Notes: generated from the letters alone by a model not told the origin. Shown: positions 47,007 through 56,475, counted from the stretch's first letter. The stretch is 64,000 nt of DNA from Candidatus Bathyarchaeota archaeon (GCA_963753065.1 CAVWAQ010000001.1:195736-259735); one strand, 5' to 3'. Made by a program: numbers and translations.

Positions 47007-47786
47007 ATGTCTGCTCCCAGTTACCCTGATGTCGGTGATCTCGCGATTGCCACTGTAAAGCGAGTCGTCGACTACGGTGCTTACGTGAGGCTGGATGAGT
47101 ACGAAGGGATTGAGGGGCTCGTTCACATCTCTGAGATCTCGACCACTTGGGTCAAACATATTCGCGAGCATGTTCGTGAGGGACAGAAGCTTGTCCTCAA
47201 GGTCCTACGTGTAGATCGCGAACGTGCCCAAGTTGACCTGTCACTTCGCCGGGTCACGGGCCGGGAAAAGACAGACAAGATGCTTGAATGGAAGAGGAGC
47301 AAGAAAGCAGATTCAATCATCAAGGGCGCAGGTGAACGTCTGAAGGCTGACGCTGAGACAACCGAAAAGATGCGTCTTCTCATGTACGAGAAGTTGGAGA
47401 ACCCCTACGAGACATTTCAGGAGTCCGTAGAGGAGGGCGATGGAGTCTTCGCAAAGCTGGGCATAGCGCCAGAATGGGCAGCCGCGCTTGCTGAAGTGGC
47501 GAAAAGCAAGGTCAAACTGGAGAAGGCGTCACTGACAGCGACGGTCGAGCTCACCTGCAGGGCGCCGGAAGGAATGGAAGCCATCCGAACCGCGCTGTCC
47601 AACGCAAAGAAAGTCAAGAAGCCCAGGGGAGCGACGGTCCGAATCTACGCGATCGGTGCACCGAAATACAGGATCGAGGCGACTACGCGAGAGTACTCCG
47701 AGGCAGAAGCGCTGCTCAATTCGGCAGTTGATGAGGCCACAAACACGTTGAAGAGCGCCGGTGGCGAAGGACGCAGAGTCAGTTGA
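47007..47786 (+). CDS. eif2a: translation initiation factor aIF2 alpha subunit
   Basis: N-terminal S1 domain (GLVHISEISTTWVKHIREHVREGQKLVLKVLRVD) and a length of 259 aa. Confidence 0.9.
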   Translation: MSAPSYPDVGDLAIATVKRVVDYGAYVRLDEYEGIEGLVHISEISTTWVKHIREHVREGQKLVLKVLRVDRERAQVDLSLRRVTGREKTDKMLEWKRSKKADSIIKGAGERLKADAETTEKMRLLMYEKLENPYETFQESVEEGDGVFAKLGIAPEWAAALAEVAKSKVKLEKASLTATVELTCRAPEGMEAIRTALSNAKKVKKPRGATVRIYAIGAPKYRIEATTREYSEAEALLNSAVDEATNTLKSAGGEGRRVS

Positions 47787-47947
47787 AGTGGCAGATACGC
47801 AGATGCGTGAGATGCAGTCGCTACACCCTCAAGGAGAAATGCCCTGACTGTGACGGAGAGACTGTTGTCGCCCACCCGCCCAAGTTCTCTCCGACAGACA
47901 AGTATGCGAGGTTACGACAGCCCGCGGACGCTGGGCTAGGCACGTAA
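47783..47947 (+). CDS. nop10: H/ACA RNP protein Nop10
   Basis: 54 codons, below the ORF-track cutoff, with TTG overlapping the aIF2alpha stop. KWQIRRCVRCSRYTLKEKCPDCDGETVVAHPPKFSPTDKYARLR matches the Nop10 zinc ribbon plus PxFSPxDxY. Confidence 0.8.
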   Translation: MKWQIRRCVRCSRYTLKEKCPDCDGETVVAHPPKFSPTDKYARLRQPADAGLGT

Positions 47948-47969
47948 CGATCCCACTTAGATCGGTATG

Positions 47970-49661
47970 CTAAGGCTTCACGTACACTATGACTGTGTCG
48001 CTAGTCGCAGGTCCGTAGTTGCCAGAGCCCGAATAGGTTGCTTCCACGTAGTACGTTCCCGCGGTAACCGGGTGCCAAGCCAGTTCGAATGTGCCGTTCT
48101 TGGGTTCGACTGGTGCGATTGTGCTCCAAGTCTTATCATTCAGACTGTATTGCCCTGTCAGCGTGCCGTTCGAGAGCTTCTGGGACAGTCTCATTGAGAT
48201 CGTTACATTCTGTCCTAACGTCATATTGTAAGTCGAGAGCGATATCGTCAACGTGACCGGTATAGTCTGAACGAATACCTGCACAGAGTTGCTCGCGGCT
48301 GGTTCCGTCTCTCCTCTTACCCCCTGCCAGTGTGCGCTCAAGGTATGATTGCCGGCGCTTGGCGTCCAGTCATAGCTGAACTTGCCGTCTGACACGGGAA
48401 CATATGCGACGAGCTGCATTCCTGATGTTGCGTTCATAAGGTCTGCGAGAGCTATCGTGCCGTTCTCGTATGGGTTGCCTTCGCTGTCCGTGACGGTTCC
48501 CTTGATGCTCACGCTCTCTCCGAAGTTCACTCTATTCTTGTCAACGTTGAGGGTTATGACCGTTGTCTTAGGGTACAGCACCTTGTAAACTAGGACGAAG
48601 TTGTTCGATGATGTGAACACGTTGTCAAAATAGTCCGAGGTTGCTTGAGAGATCTTGACACCTGTGTTCATCATGAATCCCAAGACTGAGTTGTCGTTGA
48701 GGTTCTGCCCAGACGAGATTGTGTCGTTGGAGATGATCTTGTTGCCACTCTCCAATAGGCGATAGTAGGTGACTGTAGTACTGGAACCACCCGTGGAAGT
48801 AGTAGTAGCAGACCTTTTCTCCTGAAAGAGAATCGTTTGGCCGCCGTAGCTGGTTTGATTGGCGATCTGCACCATCCAATACCATTTCCCATCCTCGCCA
48901 GCGCCGAGGAAGCTTGGGCTGCTTGAGCTTTGCGTACGTGCGTATGTCACAAACACTACAACATAGTCCACATTGTAATTCTGCATCATCGGAACTGCAG
49001 TCGTTTCATTTCTCATGAACATTTGTGCGATCATTGCGATCTGTGTTGTGTTCTGTGTTCCGTTGTCGGCCAAGGTCTTGCGGTCGGCGAGCGCTTGAAT
49101 CCAGTAGCCATAGTCCCACCAGGCCATTACCACGGACGATTGAGGCGTGTTATCGTGAAGCCACGCAAGGGCTTCAAGCCAGTCTTGGTAATTGGTTCCC
49201 GCGCTAGGCACCACTGGTATACTTGATGTTGCGATAGTTGCTGGCGCATACGCTGCTGTAACTGCCTTCGAGAAAGCCGGTACGATTGCGATTATTAGGA
49301 TGAGAAGGATTGCGAGGCCAAATTCTCTGCCGATCTTGACGAGCCCTGGTATCCTCCGCTTCGGGAATATCACGGCCTGACGGAGTATGTCAACGGCGGG
49401 TTTGGCCATCTCGACAGTAGCGATCGCCGCAAGAATGCAAAAGGTCGGTGCCAGTATTAGGGTCAGTCGAACGAGAGATCCGGCGAAGTAGAGCGATGTT
49501 AAAGCGGCGATTGTGATGAAGATATCTGTATTGCGAAGCCTTCGAAGAACGAAGAAGAATCCGAAGAGGCCGAGGAACGTGAGCGCATTGTATTCGTAGA
49601 AGAAGGATGCCCATGTGGCGGACTGCGTGCTCGGCCACGCTCTCAACGATCGGCATGTCAA
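47970..49661 (-). CDS. aglB: oligosaccharyltransferase AglB/STT3, C-terminal fragment (catalytic WWDYG part plus Ig-like repeats)
   Basis: TWASFFYEY..., MAWWDYGYWI (WWDYG motif). It continues the upstream fragment after a 1-nt frameshift near 49626. Confidence 0.8.
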   Translation of the reverse strand: MTCRSLRAWPSTQSATWASFFYEYNALTFLGLFGFFFVLRRLRNTDIFITIAALTSLYFAGSLVRLTLILAPTFCILAAIATVEMAKPAVDILRQAVIFPKRRIPGLVKIGREFGLAILLILIIAIVPAFSKAVTAAYAPATIATSSIPVVPSAGTNYQDWLEALAWLHDNTPQSSVVMAWWDYGYWIQALADRKTLADNGTQNTTQIAMIAQMFMRNETTAVPMMQNYNVDYVVVFVTYARTQSSSSPSFLGAGEDGKWYWMVQIANQTSYGGQTILFQEKRSATTTSTGGSSTTVTYYRLLESGNKIISNDTISSGQNLNDNSVLGFMMNTGVKISQATSDYFDNVFTSSNNFVLVYKVLYPKTTVITLNVDKNRVNFGESVSIKGTVTDSEGNPYENGTIALADLMNATSGMQLVAYVPVSDGKFSYDWTPSAGNHTLSAHWQGVRGETEPAASNSVQVFVQTIPVTLTISLSTYNMTLGQNVTISMRLSQKLSNGTLTGQYSLNDKTWSTIAPVEPKNGTFELAWHPVTAGTYYVEATYSGSGNYGPATSDTVIVYVKP

Positions 49662-50739
49662 GCTTGGCGAAGGGGTTAACGGTTGATAGGAATTTGCCGC
49701 TTGGTAGCACCATTATCTTCAGCGTGACAAGAGCATATGTCAGCCCGACAAGGACTACTGATACGCCAATGAGCGCGTAGGCACGGTGCCTCCAAGTGGG
49801 GAGCATACCGCCGGCTTCGCGCGCAAGCAGAAGAATAAGGACGCCCGGAATGACCAAGAAGTCTAGGCCTAGCAGCGATCCGAATCCCATCTTCGGGATC
49901 GCAAGCGGTGCGAGGAATAAGAAGGCGCCGTACGTCACTGAGTAGGAAAGCAGGAGCTGACGCGTGTACCTGCCAGCCACAACAAGAGCTGCGACGTACA
50001 GCACTATCAGGTCCATGGGGTAGTAGGAAGCTGCCCATGCTGCAGTCAAATAGAACAGCAATAGGCCCGCAAGCACTGAATACCCGATCGTTCCTCTCAT
50101 GCCTCGCCCTTTCTGATTCGCGCGAAGGAAGAAGAGGAAGATCAGAACCATCAGCAGTATCCCAAGAGGCTCATGACGCAGAAAGCCCAGCGTAGTACGA
50201 CTGATGTTGCTTGGATTAAGCGCCATGAACAATGCAGCCAACAGGCCTGCGCCACGTCCCCATAGGTCCTTCCCGAGGAAGTAGGAGGCTAGTGACGTAA
50301 GGGCGCCCGCAACGACGGGAAACAACACCGCAACTTCGAACACAGTGGTGTTTACCCCAATCGCTCGTAGAAACTCGTAGACGGCTGCCACGGTGAACGC
50401 GACGCCATACAGGTTACCATACTCCATGGTCATTCCCCAAGGGTACCAGCTCAGCGTGTCGTGCCAGCTGAACCATGCAAGGAAGCCGTTCTTCACAATG
50501 TACTCGGACATTCGCCACTGGAGATACGGATCAAACTCTGACAAGTAGAAGCCGAATCGGAGGGGCAGAAGACGAACTGCCAACGCCACTACAAACATGA
50601 GCGACAGGACGAGGACCTCCAGAAGGCGTCCTCGTGAGATCGTGGAAGCCCCCTTGCGAATCGCACGCATTCTGCTTGCCAAGACCTCTCTGCCGACATA
50701 TGGCCCAAGAGCGGATTGTAGTCGTTTGAAACGTGGCAA
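49390..50739 (-). CDS. aglB: oligosaccharyltransferase AglB/STT3, N-terminal membrane fragment
   Basis: 13-TM-type region with YLSEFDPYLQWR (first DxD-like loop). Homology ends at ...PIVESVAEH, and the tail after that is out-of-frame sequence. Confidence 0.8.
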   Translation of the reverse strand: MPRFKRLQSALGPYVGREVLASRMRAIRKGASTISRGRLLEVLVLSLMFVVALAVRLLPLRFGFYLSEFDPYLQWRMSEYIVKNGFLAWFSWHDTLSWYPWGMTMEYGNLYGVAFTVAAVYEFLRAIGVNTTVFEVAVLFPVVAGALTSLASYFLGKDLWGRGAGLLAALFMALNPSNISRTTLGFLRHEPLGILLMVLIFLFFLRANQKGRGMRGTIGYSVLAGLLLFYLTAAWAASYYPMDLIVLYVAALVVAGRYTRQLLLSYSVTYGAFLFLAPLAIPKMGFGSLLGLDFLVIPGVLILLLAREAGGMLPTWRHRAYALIGVSVVLVGLTYALVTLKIMVLPSGKFLSTVNPFAKLDMPIVESVAEHAVRHMGILLLRIQCAHVPRPLRILLRSSKASQYRYLHHNRRFNIALLRRISRSTDPNTGTDLLHSCGDRYCRDGQTRR

Positions 50740-50869
50740 ACTATTGCACCTTTGCTTTTTTGCGCCTACTGTGCGTACGAAGCACCATTGTCAAACAGGG
50801 CGAGCAGTTAAAGTTTGCCCGAATATTAAGGCAACTCAGCCGTGCTACGTCTGATCTGGTACGCTCGCA

Positions 50870-51622
50870 CTATTTCATTCGGCTGAATGCGATCGACCCG
50901 ATCCCCATCATCACGACTGCGAACCCTAGTAGCACGCCAAAGTCCATAATCACTGGAAAAGTTGACATTCCAAGCATCACCCCTCGCATCCCATCAACGG
51001 CATAGGTGACTGGATTCAAAGTCGTGAAAGCGCGAAGCCAAGATGGTAGGTTGTCTATCGGGAAAAGAGCGCCGCTCAGAAAGAAGAGCGGAAAGACGAG
51101 GAAGCTAACGATCAGGTTGAAACCCTCGGGGCTTTCCATGAAGGACCCTATTATCAGCCCAATGCTCACGACTGCCGCAGCGAGGACAAGCATGAAGATC
51201 ATCGTTTGTACGACCATTTGAACGCTGTAGGAGATCCCCAGGATCACGCCGAAAGCGAGCATTAAACTACCTTGAATCAACGCATCTGTGCAGCCGCCCA
51301 GAGTCTTCCCTGCGAAGATCGTCAGACGCGAAAGTGGAGCAACGAGCACTTCCTTGAAGAAATCGATCTTCTTGTCCCATACGATGTAGAGGCCGAAGAA
51401 TATTGAGGAGAAAAGGATCGTCATCGTCAGTATGCCCGGGAAGATGAATACCTGATAGTTTGTGCCTCCTAGGGACACGCTGGATCCCAATCCTCCTCCA
51501 AAGACGACTATCCACAGTAGTGGCGTGAAAAGAGATGATACAATTCTTGACTTCTCTCGAAGGAAAACTTTGAACTCACGATACCATAGAGCATATAGCC
51601 CATCGAGCTCTGTCATCTTCAA
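50870..51622 (-). CDS. ABC-2 type transporter permease
   Basis: 250 aa with 6 TM helices, an ABC-2 pattern, and an overlap with the ATPase gene stop. Confidence 0.8.
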   Translation of the reverse strand: MKMTELDGLYALWYREFKVFLREKSRIVSSLFTPLLWIVVFGGGLGSSVSLGGTNYQVFIFPGILTMTILFSSIFFGLYIVWDKKIDFFKEVLVAPLSRLTIFAGKTLGGCTDALIQGSLMLAFGVILGISYSVQMVVQTMIFMLVLAAAVVSIGLIIGSFMESPEGFNLIVSFLVFPLFFLSGALFPIDNLPSWLRAFTTLNPVTYAVDGMRGVMLGMSTFPVIMDFGVLLGFAVVMMGIGSIAFSRMK

Positions 51623-52623
51623 CTGGACCTCGCTCTCGCGACACGCTCGAAGAAGCCGCCCTCTGCGTCAGCTTCTCTGATTTCGTGGCCAGTGTAGTGC
51701 AGGAAGACATCGTTCAACGTGGGGGTTCTCAGTTCTACTGACTCGACGTTTCCTACCAATCCAAGTATCTCTTGTAGATGTGCGCTCGAGTTCTTCAGGG
51801 TCAGCATGACGAAGCCATCTGTCTGTTCAACCTTGATGACATATGGGAGCTCTTTGATCGAGCTGAGTTTTGGGTTCTTGATTCTGAGTCGTACGATATC
51901 GCCGCCTATGATTTGCTTCAACTGGTCAGGGGTGTCAAGTGCTACTATCTTGCCGTCGTCAATGATCGCAACTCTATCGCAGAGGCGCTCGGCCTCATCC
52001 ATGTAGTGGGTCGTGAGGATGACGGTGACACCTTCTTGATCGGCAAGTCTTCGTATGTATTCCCAAATGTGCTCACGGGTCTGAGGATCTAGCCCGAGTG
52101 TAGGTTCGTCTAGGAAAAGTATCTTTGGTCTGTGCATGAGGCCACGGGCCAGCTCGAGTCGTCTTCTCATTCCTCCCGAATAGGTCTTGACTCGACTGTC
52201 CGCTCTGTCCTCGAGATCAACCAGCTTTAGCACTTCACGAATGCGTTGCTTTCGAATGTTCTTCTTGACGCCGTACATAAGCGCGTGAAGGTAGAGATTC
52301 TCTTTGCCGGTGAGGATGTCGTCACTGCTGGGATCCTGAAAGACGATTCCTATCGACCTTCGAACCGCATCGGATTCCTTTACTATGTCATGTTTGTTGA
52401 CCTTAGCTGTCCCTTCCGTCGGTTTGAGTAGCGTTGCAAGCATCGAGAGGGTAGTGGTCTTGCCCGCGCCGTTGGGTCCGAGGAGGCCGAATATTTCCCC
52501 TTCACGAATGGACAGTTTGATGTGATCGACGGCCATAAGATTGCCGAATTTCTTCGCTAGGCCGGAGGTTTCGATCACAACTTCGCCAAATGATCGATTG
52601 GCTGCTACGCCGAACTCGTTCAT
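51619..52623 (-). CDS. ABC transporter ATP-binding protein (DrrA / ABC-2 exporter type)
   Basis: Walker A GPNGAGKTT, signature YSGGMRRRLELA, Walker B ILFLDEPT. Confidence 0.9.
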   Translation of the reverse strand: MNEFGVAANRSFGEVVIETSGLAKKFGNLMAVDHIKLSIREGEIFGLLGPNGAGKTTTLSMLATLLKPTEGTAKVNKHDIVKESDAVRRSIGIVFQDPSSDDILTGKENLYLHALMYGVKKNIRKQRIREVLKLVDLEDRADSRVKTYSGGMRRRLELARGLMHRPKILFLDEPTLGLDPQTREHIWEYIRRLADQEGVTVILTTHYMDEAERLCDRVAIIDDGKIVALDTPDQLKQIIGGDIVRLRIKNPKLSSIKELPYVIKVEQTDGFVMLTLKNSSAHLQEILGLVGNVESVELRTPTLNDVFLHYTGHEIREADAEGGFFERVARARSS

Positions 52624-52755
52624 GAATAGTCACTAAAAACTGTTTTCGCGAGTATCATGGGGCGATCCTCTTAAGCGTTCCTTGATACAAAACGAAAGCT
52701 CGGATTCCTTCGGCGACAGCTTCCGAAACGATATGTCTCGTCTTGTCCGTGTTTA

Positions 52756-53402
52756 TCAAATAGGCAAGCAACGGAGCTCCGAAACTGCTTGTTTCAGTTT
52801 CTTGTGCTGGGGAGGCTTCTCATGAGAAATCGAGGCAACGTTCCGGTCAATGACCTGCCCGAGAATCTCAGGGAAGATGTTCGAGAGGAATCGCTTTCGG
52901 AAAGGATGGACCCTGCTGTTGAGGAGTTCGGTGAGAACGTAGTAATTCGTGTTGAACTCCTCCAAATTGTGATTTCTGAACTTGTAGGTTGGAAGGTTTC
53001 TTGCCGGAAGCCCCTTAGGCCTATCCCATGCTTCGACAGCTCCGAAGTGTCCTCTGGCACGTGTTCTCTCCAGAAGCGAATCCCTACTTGTCACAACGAC
53101 GATCAGCAGACTGTCAACATTGGGAACTTTCGTTCTCATCAAGTAGGAGCGTGTTAGGTTGGTCGGAGCCGTCGTGTCAATTATGATGTTATTGTCGTCT
53201 CAGAAGTCCATCCCGTATGATTGTCAGCATCGGGTACAGCAGTTCCTCGTCACGGGAAGGTATCGGTTCATTGAAGAACATTTTGCGCAGGTCGTCACCG
53301 CTGATTATTCAGGAAGTTCGAGCTGTCCTGAACTAGTCTTTTGGCTAGGAGCGTATTGCCTGAGCTGGGGTAGCCTGTTAGTACTAGGTTGCAAAGCGGC
53401 AA
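52756..53402 (-). pseudogene. P-loop kinase-like gene (AAA_33 / polynucleotide-kinase-like) with two frameshifts and a degenerate Walker A
   Basis: Three consecutive frames read LVLTGYPSSGNTLLAKRL, then IISGDDLRKMFFNEP...IIRDGLL, then DDNNIIIDTTAPTNLTRSYL...LLIVVVTSRDSLLERTRARG. Extra bases lie near 53309 and 53200, and the Walker A Lys is Asn. Confidence 0.5.
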
Positions 53403-53436
53403 AGCGGAACTTCAGTGAAATCCTCCGTTCCTCTCG

Positions 53437-54459
53437 TCAGATGGAGAAGTCTTTCGCAAGAGTGATTGTTTCTTCGTCTACTCCCTTCATCTTGCCAAGG
53501 ATCTCCGACAAAGGTACTCTGGTGAGCACGTTATTGCGCAGACATACCATCCTACCGAACTCTCCGTCCTTCACAGCCTGCATAGCAGCAACTCCAAGGC
53601 GGGTCGCAAGTATTCGGTCGTAGGCGAATGGCGCGCCGCCTCTCACTACATGACCCAACACGACTGCCCGCGTTTCGATTCCAGTGCGCTTCTCAATCTC
53701 CTTTGCTAGGAGTTCTCCGATTCCTCCGAGGCGGGCATGACCGAACTCGTCTACTTTAGTTGAATCGCCAGAGGGGGATCCTTTCAGGATACACCCCTCT
53801 CCGACTACCACGACTGAAGCAGTCGCTCCTGATTCGTGTCTCTTCTTGAGGAAGTATGAGATTTCCGTCAGGTCGAACGGTACCTCAGGTACGAGGATGA
53901 GGTTTGCGCCACTTGCCACTCCTGCATACGCAGCAATCCATCCTGCATGTCGCCCCATTACCTCAACGACCATTATTCGGTCATGCGATTCACCGGTTGT
54001 CTGAATACGGTCTATCGCATCCACGGTAACGTTGACGGCCGTGTCAAACCCAAATGTGACATCTGTGCCTACTATGTCGTTGTCGATAGTTTTTGGAACT
54101 GCGACGACTCTCAATCCCATCTCTGCGAGCCTTGCGGCAACGCTGAGTGTATCTTCGCCTCCCACGGCGATTATGGCGTCTAGGCCGATCTTCTTGGCAT
54201 TTGCGAGTACTGTCTGGGCACCTTCCTTGCGGCTAAAGGGGTTGGTCCTCGTGGTGTGAAGGATGGTTCCGCCGACTTTGATGATCTCTGAGACGTCGCT
54301 CCATCTGAGCGGTTTCGTGGAAACATCCAACAGTCCTGCCCAGCCGTGTTTGATTCCGATCACTTCGTACCCATACTGTTCGCCCTTTCTCACGACGGCT
54401 CTTGTGACTGCGTTTAGCCCCGCGCAGTCGCCGCCGCCATTCAGGATTCCAATCTTCAA
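53437..54459 (-). CDS. pfp: 6-phosphofructokinase, PfkA family, with a PPi-type residue signature
   Basis: GILNGGGDCAGLNAV, GGEDT and PKTIDNDI. Asp and Lys occupy the positions that are Gly/Gly in ATP-dependent PfkA. Confidence 0.8.
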   Translation of the reverse strand: MKIGILNGGGDCAGLNAVTRAVVRKGEQYGYEVIGIKHGWAGLLDVSTKPLRWSDVSEIIKVGGTILHTTRTNPFSRKEGAQTVLANAKKIGLDAIIAVGGEDTLSVAARLAEMGLRVVAVPKTIDNDIVGTDVTFGFDTAVNVTVDAIDRIQTTGESHDRIMVVEVMGRHAGWIAAYAGVASGANLILVPEVPFDLTEISYFLKKRHESGATASVVVVGEGCILKGSPSGDSTKVDEFGHARLGGIGELLAKEIEKRTGIETRAVVLGHVVRGGAPFAYDRILATRLGVAAMQAVKDGEFGRMVCLRNNVLTRVPLSEILGKMKGVDEETITLAKDFSI

Positions 54460-55223
54460 TTCTGAAGTGCCTTTTCAACAGAGAGATTCTCAATCACGAG
54501 TCTCTGCAAGAGACGGGCCATCTTGAGCGGGTCTGAGCTCTGCCAAACGTTGCGACCTACCGCAAGGCCGGTGGCACCAGCATCCAGCGCCCCTCTGACC
54601 TGTTTCAGAAAGTCCGCTTCAGTGGGCGCCTTCGGTCCACCTGACATGAAGACCTTAGCTTTTCCCGCGGACTTGACCGCCCATTTAAACGACTCAACAT
54701 CGCCCGTGTACTTGATCTTGACCGCGTCAGCTCCTACCTCAAGTCCGATCCTCGCTGCATAAGCAACAATCTCAGGAGCCGTGTCATTCTTCACGGCCTC
54801 TCCGCGCGGATAGATCCACGCGATCGCGGCCATTCTCAGTGCGTGAGCTTGTTCCTGAATCCTACCAAATTCCTCTAGCATGATGCTCTCATGAGTGCTC
54901 CCTGCATAGATCGTGTACCCAACAGCTTTCGCGCCGAGCTCCGAAGCACGCTTGACACTACAGATCTGTCGTGCCACCGGCTCTCCCTTCACAAGATTCG
55001 TTTTCCCGTTGACTTTGAGAATCAGCGGCACCCGGCGTTCGTAGTACTTCTCAGCCAACCCCTTCTGGAACACTACTCCGTTGAACCGACCAGCGGCGGC
55101 GAGCTTCATTATGAAACTCGGATCAACATTACGCTCGTCAAAGTCAGTTGGACCATGTTCAAGTCCTTGATCATAGGCTAGGAGGACTCCTCTGCCTTCG
55201 CGCAAGAATACTTCCATACTCAT
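54456..55223 (-). CDS. fba: class I fructose-bisphosphate aldolase (archaeal DhnA/FbaB type)
   Basis: LAYDQGLEHGP, LILKVNG and ADAVKIKY (Schiff-base Lys region). It overlaps the pfk start. Confidence 0.75.
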   Translation of the reverse strand: MSMEVFLREGRGVLLAYDQGLEHGPTDFDERNVDPSFIMKLAAAGRFNGVVFQKGLAEKYYERRVPLILKVNGKTNLVKGEPVARQICSVKRASELGAKAVGYTIYAGSTHESIMLEEFGRIQEQAHALRMAAIAWIYPRGEAVKNDTAPEIVAYAARIGLEVGADAVKIKYTGDVESFKWAVKSAGKAKVFMSGGPKAPTEADFLKQVRGALDAGATGLAVGRNVWQSSDPLKMARLLQRLVIENLSVEKALQN

Positions 55224-55432
55224 TGTTTACACTACACCCTAAGGAATGAATCGAGTCTCCCACAGTTTGGGGAGTCAAGGAAATAAGAATTTGGAACCGT
55301 CGCCCTTCCAGGCGAAATACTCTCTCTCGGGCCAATGCTCGTCCACAAAACAAGGAGTTCACTCAAGAATTGTTGATTTCGGCAAATCTTAACTAAGATG
55401 CTGTACGACTTCTCGTCTCGGGAGGCCCTGAA

Positions 55433-56083
55433 GTGTCGAAGGAAGAAATCCTTGAAGGTCTGAAAGAAGCCGTCGTCAAATTCGACATAGACAATATCAG
55501 GACCTTGGCTGAGAACGCGCTCAGTCAGGGCGTAAGTGCCTATGATGGTGTCATCAACGGCATGGCCAAGGGCATGGACGTTGTCGGCCAGAAATACCAA
55601 CTCGGCGAGTTCTTTCTTCCTGAGCTGGTGATGGCAGGTGAGACGTTCAAGGAAGGCATGAAGGTATTCGGCGCACACCTGAAACCATCTGAAATAGGGG
55701 CTCAAGGCCGTGTCGTCATAGGAACCGTCGAGGGCGACCTACACGACATTGGAAAGAACATAGTCGCAAGTCTGGTTGAGGCATCAGGATTTGAGGTTCA
55801 CGACTTGGGGGTCGATGTTACCGCCGACCGTTTCTTGGCGAAAACAAGAGAGGTCTCTGCCGACATGGTTGCAATGTCTGCGCTGCTTTCCACTACATTT
55901 CCACACATGAGAGAAGTAGTGGACGTAGTTCGGAAAGCTCAGCTTCACTCTAAGATAATAGTTGGCGGGGCGCCTCTGAATGCGGAGACAGCAAAGTCGT
56001 TGGGCGCAGACGGCTATGGTAGAGACGCGGTTGAAGGAGCGAATATCTGCAAACAGTGGGCGGCAGCAAAGAAGCGCAAGTGA
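55433..56083 (+). CDS. cobalamin (corrinoid)-binding protein, methyltransferase-cognate type
   Basis: N-terminal helical cap plus a B12-binding Rossmann domain with DxHxxG (GDLHDIGKNIV) and SALLSTT. Confidence 0.8.
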   Translation: MSKEEILEGLKEAVVKFDIDNIRTLAENALSQGVSAYDGVINGMAKGMDVVGQKYQLGEFFLPELVMAGETFKEGMKVFGAHLKPSEIGAQGRVVIGTVEGDLHDIGKNIVASLVEASGFEVHDLGVDVTADRFLAKTREVSADMVAMSALLSTTFPHMREVVDVVRKAQLHSKIIVGGAPLNAETAKSLGADGYGRDAVEGANICKQWAAAKKRK

Positions 56084-56385
56084 CCACTTTGGGTGCCATC
56101 GATCGAAGGCTGAAAGGACGAGTCATTGCAATTGAGAAGACTGGCGAGACAGCAACAAGAGAAGGGGAGACTTGGGAGAAGTGCGTCTTTACACTTGAGG
56201 TCACGCGTTTCTCAAAGCGTGCTCCTAATGAGATCGTTCCGGACGACCTCAAGGGCAAGAAGATCAAGCTAGTTAGGCATTGTCTCTACGATTGGCATTA
56301 CAGATCGGGCGTCGAGAAGACACTCAGCGCAGAAGAGACTGACCACCTACTGCGGGGGGAGCCTTCTTCGACGGTCTTTTGGTAG
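56056..56385 (+). CDS. hypothetical protein
   Basis: 109-aa ORF overlapping the end of the corrinoid gene, with no recognisable motif. The start may be GTG near 56081. Confidence 0.3.
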   Translation: MGGSKEAQVTTLGAIDRRLKGRVIAIEKTGETATREGETWEKCVFTLEVTRFSKRAPNEIVPDDLKGKKIKLVRHCLYDWHYRSGVEKTLSAEETDHLLRGEPSSTVFW

Positions 56386-56475
56386 TTGAAGGATAACTTT
56401 CACGAACCTCTCCATCCCCTTTCGTCTACCTATTCGTTTATTCTCGAAACTTGATTGTGCTTAATTCGATTACAC

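Noticed and set aside
53159-53623. A 154-aa plus-strand ORF.
   Set aside because: It lies antisense to the 3' end of pfk and to the kinase remnant, has no recognisable motif, and both minus-strand readings show clear family signatures.
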